Shown one piece after another: positions 56,688 to 64,000 of a DNA stretch of 64,000 nucleotides. The notes beneath the pieces are model-generated. The model was given only the letters and a program-made list of their open reading frames with translations, was not told the origin of the DNA and did not search any database. The stretch spans positions 30,224-94,223 of the IMG/VR virus record IMGVR_UViG_3300025087_000048, one strand, 5' to 3'. The first letter of the stretch is position 1; each line of letters opens with the position of its first letter. A program made the translations under genes and the position numbers. This stretch comes from a virus.

Positions 56688-56737
56688 GTGGCGGTAGCCT
56701 AACGGTAAGGCACGGGCCTGTGGAGCCCGCCACCCCA
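56688..56737 (+). pseudogene. tRNA-His (GTG) remnant lacking the T-arm
   Basis: GTGGCGG-TA-GCCT..AGGC-A-CGGGC-CTGTGGA-GCCCG joined directly to CCAC-C-CCA. Confidence 0.75.
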
Positions 56738-56754
56738 ATTTAACAGGAGGCGAT

Positions 56755-56958
56755 ATGCCAAAGTTTGGAAATCTGTATTGCACCAAATCTGGCAAGATAC
56801 GAAAGAGATTCTACAAGCATAACGACCTTGCAGACAAGGCAATGAAAGACCTTTACGCAATAGGGATTACGGCGGTTGCATTCTTTCCAGCTGAACGACG
56901 AGAAAAGAAGTTGTATAAAATCATGCATGATTTAGAAATAGAAACACCATCACCTTAA
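56755..56958 (+). CDS. small basic hypothetical protein
   Basis: SD AGGAGG. Confidence 0.55.
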   Translation: MPKFGNLYCTKSGKIRKRFYKHNDLADKAMKDLYAIGITAVAFFPAERREKKLYKIMHDLEIETPSP

Positions 56959-56961
56959 ATA

Positions 56962-57144
56962 ATGTCATCCAGTTCTCCGTCAGCTGTCATTACTATTGTC
57001 CTTCGTCGTGTCTATCGCCTGGGCTGTGTTGAAGTCGGTCCAGGATATGTTCGCCTTATTAATAAAACAAACGACACAACCGTGATCCTGACGCCGGAAC
57101 AAGAACAACGCTGGCGTGCTCGACTCTTGAGATCGAAACCGTAA
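56962..57144 (+). CDS. small hypothetical protein
   Basis: Fills the gap before the polymerase. Confidence 0.4.
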   Translation: MSSSSPSAVITIVLRRVYRLGCVEVGPGYVRLINKTNDTTVILTPEQEQRWRARLLRSKP

Positions 57145-57154
57145 GGAGATCCTC

Positions 57155-58762
57155 ATAGTCACACTGGTCGGGCATAATCTCATCTCAGACTTGAGCATGC
57201 TCATTCGAGCCGGGCACCCACTCCCCACGAATGTCAATTACTTTGATACCTACGTGGCAGCCCGTTGGGTGTGGCCCGACATGGATGACTATGGACTTGA
57301 GGCGCTCGCACTCCGCTCAACCAACATCGGACAGTGGCGAACCACCTTAGGAAAACTCGAGGCTGAAGACTTTGATGCCATGCCCGATGAACAGCTCTAT
57401 GAACGCTGCGGAGGGGATGCCCAAGCCCCCATCCTCCTCCAGCGCCTCCTTGCCCCCCAGATCGACGATCTCCACATGGGGGCCATCTGGACCCTCGCCA
57501 TGGATGTATTGCCCATCCTGGCCGAAATGGGGGGCCGTGGGATGGCGCTAGATCACCCACTGCTCGCCTCCTGGGCATCTGAAACGGAAAAATGGCTCCA
57601 ACAAGCAGAAGAATCATTGAAACAACGACTCAACGTGGACAATATTAACAGCGACATTCAAGTGGCAAAGACGCTGTATAGCCCACCATGGAAGGCAGAA
57701 CCCTTATACAAGAATCTCACAGGCTACAGCGTTGATAAACTCTCGCTCCTGTGGGCACGACACCAAGCCACTGGCACGAATCAAATGGAACTCATTCGCC
57801 TGTTGACGGATCTCCTTGAGTATCGAACAAAAGAGAAACTTCAATCGACATACTACATTCCATGGTTAAATAACAGCGATCATACACGTGTGTATTCAGA
57901 ATATTCATTGGGTGTGACTGCAACAGGACGGCTCTCCTCGAAACGGTTTAACCTTCAAAATGTGCCCGAGTCCGTACGAACGGCCATCATTCCATCCCCG
58001 GGGTACGACGATATTATTGCAGCAGATTATAATATGTTGGAATTGTGCGTGGCAGCAAATCGCTCGGAAGATCCACTCATGCTGAAATGGATTCGTGAGG
58101 GGCTCGATATTCATTCAATCATGGCAGCACGTGTGCTCGGATTGAAAGAACCTGCTACCAAAGAAGAAGGGAAAACATTCAAAGCACGCTATCCAATCGA
58201 ACGAGCAACCGGAAAATTAACAAATTTTGCAGTGATCTTCGGTATTAAAGCCAATTCATTAACATGGAAAATCTTCCAAGACACCGATGGCACAACTTGG
58301 ATTCCAGAAGCAGATATGCAGCAGTATATTGACACTTTTTTCTCTACTTTCTCCGGGTACCAAGCATATAGCGAATATGGACAACGTGAACTTGCTAATG
58401 GACACCCGGTTGTCAGCCCATTCAATCGACAGTGGTCATTCCCAGCCACGGAAGCCGGACATCGAAAGTGGCTCAACTACCCGACCCAGGCGACTGCATC
58501 GGATATTACACTCATTGCACTTAAAACAATTGACCATGAACTAAAAACACGCAAACTGAAAAGCCGTCTCATCGGGGAGGTGCACGATGCCATAGTCATT
58601 GAAAACCCACGGAAAGAACGACCTGAAGTCCTCCGCCTCGTCAAATCCATCTGTGAGAATCCTGATACTCGTGCGTTTGGATTCACCCTGAAAGTCCCCC
58701 TTCGCGTTGAATTGAAAGTGGGACCCAACTGGGGAACACTCAAGGAGGTAATAATTCAATGA
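57155..58762 (+). CDS. polA: family A DNA polymerase, C-terminal part (Exo II/III + polymerase)
   Basis: VGHNLISDL, FDT..AA, TATGRLSS..NLQN, ADYNMLEL, R..GKLTNFA.IFG, NYPTQ.TASD, VHDA; probable ATA start 6 nt after TAAGGAG. Confidence 0.92.
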   Translation: MVTLVGHNLISDLSMLIRAGHPLPTNVNYFDTYVAARWVWPDMDDYGLEALALRSTNIGQWRTTLGKLEAEDFDAMPDEQLYERCGGDAQAPILLQRLLAPQIDDLHMGAIWTLAMDVLPILAEMGGRGMALDHPLLASWASETEKWLQQAEESLKQRLNVDNINSDIQVAKTLYSPPWKAEPLYKNLTGYSVDKLSLLWARHQATGTNQMELIRLLTDLLEYRTKEKLQSTYYIPWLNNSDHTRVYSEYSLGVTATGRLSSKRFNLQNVPESVRTAIIPSPGYDDIIAADYNMLELCVAANRSEDPLMLKWIREGLDIHSIMAARVLGLKEPATKEEGKTFKARYPIERATGKLTNFAVIFGIKANSLTWKIFQDTDGTTWIPEADMQQYIDTFFSTFSGYQAYSEYGQRELANGHPVVSPFNRQWSFPATEAGHRKWLNYPTQATASDITLIALKTIDHELKTRKLKSRLIGEVHDAIVIENPRKERPEVLRLVKSICENPDTRAFGFTLKVPLRVELKVGPNWGTLKEVIIQ

Positions 58763-58974
58763 CAAAACGTAAGCACAAACCAAAATTAAATCGACGTATT
58801 CATGGCATTCTTGGAGATAATGCAAATCTATATGTCAAGGCACGCAATAGCATAACAGGTAAAGTCCTCATCGGAGGACTCGGAAATCTCGGAGTAGGTG
58901 AAAAGTGGTTTCCAGAAGAACCAATCCACGCATCATACCCTGGATATCGTACCGCCCGAGAAGACCGATCATGA
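58759..58974 (+). CDS. small hypothetical protein
   Basis: SD AAGGAGG; ATGA-coupled. Confidence 0.5.
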   Translation: MTKRKHKPKLNRRIHGILGDNANLYVKARNSITGKVLIGGLGNLGVGEKWFPEEPIHASYPGYRTAREDRS

Positions 58975-59604
58975 CCACTCCAGACTTCGTCACCATCCGC
59001 ACGCTCCTGGAAGCTGGGCGGGGGCTTTATCGGGGCCGATCGCACAGACTTTATTGCTGATTTGCCAGCTGCACATGTGAGGCCGTGGTCGAGCACGCGA
59101 AAGCAATGACGGCGTGGGCTCGTGCCCTTCCATCCGCTCAGGCGGCGCTGGAGCGAGTGGAGGCGAAGCATGCTGACTGCGTTGCCTGTATCGCCTATGA
59201 TGCCGTCTGTACCGGCAACTCCGTGCAGGCATTTCGTCTCAGCGATCTCCGAACCCGCATCGCCCGCCTGGAGGCGGCGCTGATAGCGGCAAGCTACGTC
59301 GTTGAGAAATTTGCCTCTATCGGCATCCGTGATGAAGCAACTGGCCAAACCGGCGAAGAGTTGATGACGCAGATCAACGTTGCCTTGGAGGGACGCGATG
59401 CCTAAGCCGCACCGACATATCTGGGTGGTCGAGATGCGCCTGGACGGACGATGGGAGTCAACGGTGGAAGGGAGCCTATCCCGTGATGCAGGTCGGACGG
59501 AAGTCCGGCACTGGCGCGAGGCGAACCCCGATGACCGCTTCCGACTCCGGCGCTACGTGCCGACAGAGGGGCGCGATGAGCGACAGAATAGACAAAGTAA
59601 AACA

Positions 59605-59849
59605 ATGACCCAATCGAAACAAATGTGGGGAGATGGCCGGGTGTTCCGTCGCCACCGACGTTGGTGGATTGCGTACTACGCACACAACCACAGTATCGTG
59701 AATCAAGCTACAGCGAGAATCGAAATGTTGCTGTGATTCTGTTACAACGTCGTGTGGCATGCATAAAAACTGCACGAGCACAACACGCCGACCGCCTTGC
59801 CAAAGAAAAATGGGTGCGAGCACAACTATTCGAGGAAGAGAAACGATAA
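59605..59849 (+). pseudogene. frameshifted integrase arm-domain-like minigene
   Basis: GDGRVFRR..RWWIAYY.HN in one frame continues as QYRESS.SE....A..LL.RR in another (shift near 59688). Confidence 0.5.
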
Positions 59850-60274
59850 TGAAAATATCACCAATCATGAAAACAATCATTTGCCCCGCGACTCTTCCAA
59901 CAGTAGAAAAACTATATTCCCACAACCCTGTAAACGTGCAATTATTCACCCCGGAACTCACACTATATCCCTGGAAACTACACCCTGTGCAAAAACATTG
60001 GTGTTGTCTCCCCTGTCAATGCCCGCCTTACCCTGTGAAAACAAAAGAGAGAAGCACATTTAACTTATCACCACATCCACACGACAACCAATTTGATCTC
60101 CGCTACTACCACACGAGTCATTCCTCTTGGAACTCTTGGAGCTTACGTATTCACATGCCGTGGGGCACATTAGATACACTCTTATACATCCTCATCACAG
60201 ATCTACAATCTCTAAAAACCACCGCAACAAGAATCGGTTCTGGCTGCCTCACAACATTGGTACGTAACGCTTGA
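59849..60274 (+). CDS. hypothetical protein
   Basis: TAATG-coupled. Confidence 0.45.
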   Translation: MKISPIMKTIICPATLPTVEKLYSHNPVNVQLFTPELTLYPWKLHPVQKHWCCLPCQCPPYPVKTKERSTFNLSPHPHDNQFDLRYYHTSHSSWNSWSLRIHMPWGTLDTLLYILITDLQSLKTTATRIGSGCLTTLVRNA

Positions 60275-60300
60275 CTTCAACCGAGCAGTGCTGCTATATT
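60271..60300 (+). promoter_or_regulatory. sigma70-type promoter for the recombination module
   Basis: TTGACT-N18-TATATT with extended TG. Confidence 0.6.
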
Positions 60301-60427
60301 TATCTTGCCACCGTGGATGGCAGGAAAGAGTCTTGACCTGTTTTCTGCCCCTGGGTCAAGCAGGAGAGTCCACGATGGCATTATAAAATAACGTATCGAC
60401 GATGTGCACCCACACTTGGAGGCGTCT

Positions 60428-60952
60428 ATGCCATTTCGACATCCGCAACCCCCACGATCTCCTCAGCCCAATGTTGACCCAGATCGCCCGCCACTTCTCA
60501 AACTTGGAGGTTTGTACCCAAGCAAAAGTGGAAAAGCACTAACAGGAAATATTAACCTTCTCTATCAAGATCGCCAAGGAAGCCCTTCCGTTGGAACCCA
60601 GTGGGTCGAACTCCTGCAACAATGTGTACAGGAGAACCTTCCCATTCGAGTGCTCGTCTTTGAAAACAATGGACAGTTTGGCGGAGCGCACCGAGCCCCC
60701 TACACTCTTCATGTCTGTTTGGGAACCCCACGGCAAGAACAAGCGACGTCTCCGCTCCCAGGCACGAAAACAGGCCGTACTCGAGGCACGGGATCGGAAG
60801 CAGACCTTCTCGAAGCCCCGGAAGGGCATGCCACATACGAGGATGCCCCAGAAGGCGAGCAAGAACCAGACGAGCCTGAGCCTCCAGCACGTCTTCGCAC
60901 ACCAGAACCGACTCCTCGCCCGCCCGTACGACGTGTAGCCCCTCGACGCTAA
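60428..60952 (+). CDS. putative ssDNA-binding protein
   Basis: KLGGLY..KSGK.LTG.I...VFEN...APY.L (OB-like) plus acidic/Pro tail; SD GGAGG. Confidence 0.55.
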   Translation: MPFRHPQPPRSPQPNVDPDRPPLLKLGGLYPSKSGKALTGNINLLYQDRQGSPSVGTQWVELLQQCVQENLPIRVLVFENNGQFGGAHRAPYTLHVCLGTPRQEQATSPLPGTKTGRTRGTGSEADLLEAPEGHATYEDAPEGEQEPDEPEPPARLRTPEPTPRPPVRRVAPRR

Positions 60953-61698
60953 TGCTCAAATTGCCCCCGCTTTCGATTATTCGGAATGAGTTCCAAGAGG
61001 TCCAACTCACGGAGAAAGCGAGGGCATGGATTGACGCTGGAAATGCAGACCGGTTGTCCGGTATCCATGCCTCTGATCTGCTTGATCCCCGATTAGCCTA
61101 TTGGAAAACCATCGTGCCGAAGCCGTTGACAGAACGATCCATCTGGCTCTTTGTCATTGGGAAAATCCTCCACCATTTTGTCATTGACGTGCATGTCCCT
61201 GGGGAGGTGAACTCGGACACCACGGACACCGGAGCCAATGAGTCCAACGGGATTCTCTTTTCTCCAGACCTCGAAGATGATGATGGACATCCAATCGAAC
61301 TCAAGACCACGCGATCATCTTCAGAACCAACGGATGAAACCATTCGACGCACGTACCACAACTACTTGGAACAACTGGTCATATACATGGTTCTTCGTAA
61401 TACGACCCGTGGATACCTGTGGGTCTTGTACATTAATTTGAAAAGTCGTACCTCACAGACATTCCCGGAACCTCGATGTTATGAAGTCACCATGTCCACA
61501 GAAGAATTCCTGAATCTGGAACAACGCATTTTTAATACACGTGATCTCCTCACGACTGCCATTGACACCAAGAACCCTGGAATCCTCCCGCTCTGTCGCA
61601 CGTGGCTCTGCGGTGATTCCTGCCCCTGGTGGCGTGAATGTGCACCTGCGGAACGCATCGATACACCACGTCGATCATGGACTGATATTCCAATATAG
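60952..61698 (+). CDS. Cas4-like PD-(D/E)xK exonuclease
   Basis: IHASDL, G...H, SPD, ELKTT, QL..Y, C...C...CPW...C. Confidence 0.82.
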   Translation: MLKLPPLSIIRNEFQEVQLTEKARAWIDAGNADRLSGIHASDLLDPRLAYWKTIVPKPLTERSIWLFVIGKILHHFVIDVHVPGEVNSDTTDTGANESNGILFSPDLEDDDGHPIELKTTRSSSEPTDETIRRTYHNYLEQLVIYMVLRNTTRGYLWVLYINLKSRTSQTFPEPRCYEVTMSTEEFLNLEQRIFNTRDLLTTAIDTKNPGILPLCRTWLCGDSCPWWRECAPAERIDTPRRSWTDIPI

Positions 61699-61706
61699 GA
61701 GCATCT

Positions 61707-62138
61707 ATGAAAAGCACACAAGAATTACCCGATTGGAAGGAACCAACCTCATTGGAGGAGGCTGAAACACAAGCCTTTGCTTTGTGGGAGGAAATCCAAT
61801 CCATTCAACTTCAACTTGCTGACCCGAACCGAATTGGAGAAAACAAACAACGCCTCCCCATCTCAGAATATTTAACGTGGCAGCATCGGGCCAAGTATGC
61901 GTTGACCATGAAGATCCGTACCTACAGATATTTGAAGCAATGGATCAAAGATCAACGTGCTATCCTCAAAGAACAAACAGCATCTGCACCCCTAAATTCA
62001 GAAACCTTACATGTATGTATTCAAAGACTGCTGGTTACCGACATAGAAGTTCTCATTAAGTTACACGGAACTCAAGAACAGCAACTTGCATACACTAATT
62101 TGTGGCTTGAATTCACGAATACACAAGGTTACAAATGA
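61707..62138 (+). CDS. hypothetical helical protein
   Basis: SD AGGAG. Confidence 0.6.
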   Translation: MKSTQELPDWKEPTSLEEAETQAFALWEEIQSIQLQLADPNRIGENKQRLPISEYLTWQHRAKYALTMKIRTYRYLKQWIKDQRAILKEQTASAPLNSETLHVCIQRLLVTDIEVLIKLHGTQEQQLAYTNLWLEFTNTQGYK

Positions 62139-62303
62139 GCACCGTCGTTCCGATTGGATTTCTCAACGAAGTCTGTTGTGCCAGTTGCAAAGACTCCATT
62201 GGGTGGTCCCTGGGGGCCCCACGAACACGGATCTCTGACTATGTCGTGAATGTGTATTGTAAAACATGCACTGAATCGTGGGAAAATCTCAATAGGGTTC
62301 TCC

Positions 62304-62864
62304 ATGATGACACCACCGAATATCATTCTCAGCATTGATGTCCCTGGCCGCGCAACCGGAGGATTTATTCGATGGGACCGTGCCCTCAATTCGGTCTCCA
62401 TTGGAACACTCAGATTCAAACAAACTGAATCAGAGGCAGAAGATTATCGACGTCTTCTCACGGCAGTAGCCAATCAACAACCAGATCTTATTATTATTGA
62501 ACAGCCATTTCTTTGGCTCATCGCAGGTCCGATTGGTGGATTAAAAGCCTGGGCCGCATGGAATCATATTCCTTGGTGGATGGTTACCGCCTCAGGAGCC
62601 AAAAAAGCCGTACTCCAAAATGGTCGTGCCTCCAAAGCAGATGTTCTCGCGTGGGCCAAACGGACCCTGGCTGCCCGATGGCGCGTCATTCAACCCGAAG
62701 CCATCTCCCAGCATCAAGCCGATGCACTCCTCTATCTCGTAGCGTGGGAGCGCGCGCACGAACATATGAGACAGGAATATAATATTCGAGACGGAGTTCG
62801 AGGAAGGTATTACAAACAGTATAAGGAGATTGCCCATGACAAAAAAGAACCACTCGCAGACTGA
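62304..62864 (+). CDS. RuvC-like Holliday junction resolvase
   Basis: ILSID.PG..TG, IIIEQP, KK.V...GRASK, HQADA. Confidence 0.82.
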   Translation: MMTPPNIILSIDVPGRATGGFIRWDRALNSVSIGTLRFKQTESEAEDYRRLLTAVANQQPDLIIIEQPFLWLIAGPIGGLKAWAAWNHIPWWMVTASGAKKAVLQNGRASKADVLAWAKRTLAARWRVIQPEAISQHQADALLYLVAWERAHEHMRQEYNIRDGVRGRYYKQYKEIAHDKKEPLAD

Positions 62865-63231
62865 TCCCCCGCTTGTGAGCGTCCCTGGGGATCACGGAAT
62901 CACAGAAGGACTCGTCCTCCTGACGCAGATTCTCCATGAACAGGGTCTCGCTGAAGCCACCGAAGGACTCCTTGGTGGGACCTACGGATACGGATGCCAC
63001 TTTGAAAATGCAACATTCTATATCCGCCCATATTGCTGGTGTGAAGAATCAACATGCCCCCAGTGTGGACACGATGCCCCAAACTTCTTCCACAAACCGA
63101 GTGGAAGTGAGGTACGATGGTATAAATATATTGGACGCGGACAGAGCATCCAATTTACACAACGCTGGTCAACCATCTTCGTCGATTGTATCCGTTCCCT
63201 TGGTCTGTCTCCGGGAAATGAGGCAGCGTAA
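62836..63231 (+). CDS. conserved-looking phage hypothetical protein
   Basis: FEN..F..RPY.W...PNF.HKPSG.EVRWYKYIGRG. Confidence 0.7.
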   Translation: MTKKNHSQTDPPLVSVPGDHGITEGLVLLTQILHEQGLAEATEGLLGGTYGYGCHFENATFYIRPYCWCEESTCPQCGHDAPNFFHKPSGSEVRWYKYIGRGQSIQFTQRWSTIFVDCIRSLGLSPGNEAA

Positions 63232-63327
63232 TCCCGCGTCAGGTTCTATTTAGACCCATCGTGGGCTAAATTCTCCCCGCACTGAGCCAAGGGATTTTCG
63301 TACACCCACGCATTATGGAGGGCACGC

Positions 63328-64000
63328 ATGGAACAACGTCAAGGCATCATCGTCTCGCTCACTGGACGCCGAGGGCGAGGCCCCGGCTACATCACCTTCG
63401 ATGATGGATCGGAGATTGGGTCCTTTGAGCCTGAACTCCTCAAAACGGCTGCGGCCAATATCAATGCCACGGTGGATTACACCTGGGAGGAAAAACCAGG
63501 GAAGAAAGACCCGAAGAAGGTCTATAAAACCTTGCTGTCCCTGACGGTCGTGAAAGCGGCGGAACCACCCCTGGAAGGCACGATCGTCCAGACCCCGCCA
63601 TCTCACCCTGTCCAGGAGGGGAAAGTCCTTGCCTTGGCAAAATCTGGACCTCTGGTGGCCCATCGCTCAGGCATTGCCGATCTCGAAGAGGGATTTGCCA
63701 TGGCCGTGCGGCAACGAGAATTGATGGAGGCATTTATTCGTAGCCGTTTCCGTGAAGGCGAACATTACATGGACGGAGCCACATTTGGAAGCAAGAAAAA
63801 GGTTCTCCTCCAACCCGGAGCCCAACTCATTCATTACTGCCACGGACACTCTGTCGATTTTGAGATCCTCGCTGGTCCCATGGCCGCACAAGACCCCGGG
63901 GCCAAGTACACTCTCGTGATCAAAGCCAAAGTGAGCCGTCGAGAACAAGTACAAGGACACGGATTAGGCTCATGCTCATCCCTGATCTGGTCTAGAAGAG
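63328..64000 (+). CDS. putative ssDNA-annealing protein (Sak/Rad52-like) with N-terminal OB-like extension; partial
   Basis: Not in the ORF track. SD GGAGG; MEQRQG...EGEHY....FGSKKKVLLQPGAQLI...G.GLGSCSS; open to the window end. Confidence 0.65.
   Translation, partial: MEQRQGIIVSLTGRRGRGPGYITFDDGSEIGSFEPELLKTAAANINATVDYTWEEKPGKKDPKKVYKTLLSLTVVKAAEPPLEGTIVQTPPSHPVQEGKVLALAKSGPLVAHRSGIADLEEGFAMAVRQRELMEAFIRSRFREGEHYMDGATFGSKKKVLLQPGAQLIHYCHGHSVDFEILAGPMAAQDPGAKYTLVIKAKVSRREQVQGHGLGSCSSLIWSRR

Noticed and set aside
53615-57154. 12-bp direct repeat AAGGAGATCCTC (53615 and 57143) and a shared ATAGT at the polymerase junctions as excision or splice signals
   Set aside because: Recombining at either does not restore an in-frame polymerase fusion; probably chance or SD-related
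60952-61698. Cas4 as evidence of a CRISPR-Cas system
   Set aside because: No other cas genes or array; the context (SSB, RuvC, annealase) indicates a recombination exonuclease

Overview
This window is a 64-kb piece of a tailed dsDNA bacteriophage genome (host unknown; sigma70-type promoters, AGGAG Shine-Dalgarno sites), arranged as two divergent arms. The left arm (minus strand, about 1-35,100) holds a late/head module: TerS-like gene, intein-containing TerL, portal, scaffold, major capsid and decoration proteins. Downstream of it lies a glycan-building cluster of at least 13.5 kb: GME-like and RfbE-like epimerases, an NDP-sugar dehydrogenase, two GT2s, a GT4, a GT2-TPR-MTase-GT4 fusion, a methyltransferase and a cobalamin-dependent radical SAM enzyme with an intein inside its CxxxCxxC motif. 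The left arm also has an intein-containing metallophosphoesterase, polyvalent/zincin-like proteins and an atypical tRNA-Pro. At the strand switch are an AAGCTT-type repeat array, two near-identical divergent promoters, and a roughly 940-nt promoter-to-terminator unit with dense nested stems and no credible ORF (candidate large ncRNA). The right arm (plus strand) has many small early ORFs, a ubiquitin-like module (AAA+ ATPase, Ubl ending GG-RTNR, JAB protease, E1/ThiF, two unknown paralogs), Ku, helicase and primase. Its family-A DNA polymerase is split inside the 3'-5' exonuclease domain by a 3.7-kb island of ORFs and tRNAs. The arm ends with a Cas4-like nuclease, a RuvC-like resolvase and a partial ssDNA-annealing protein. 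All calls come from motif recognition by eye; no searches or folding programs were run.
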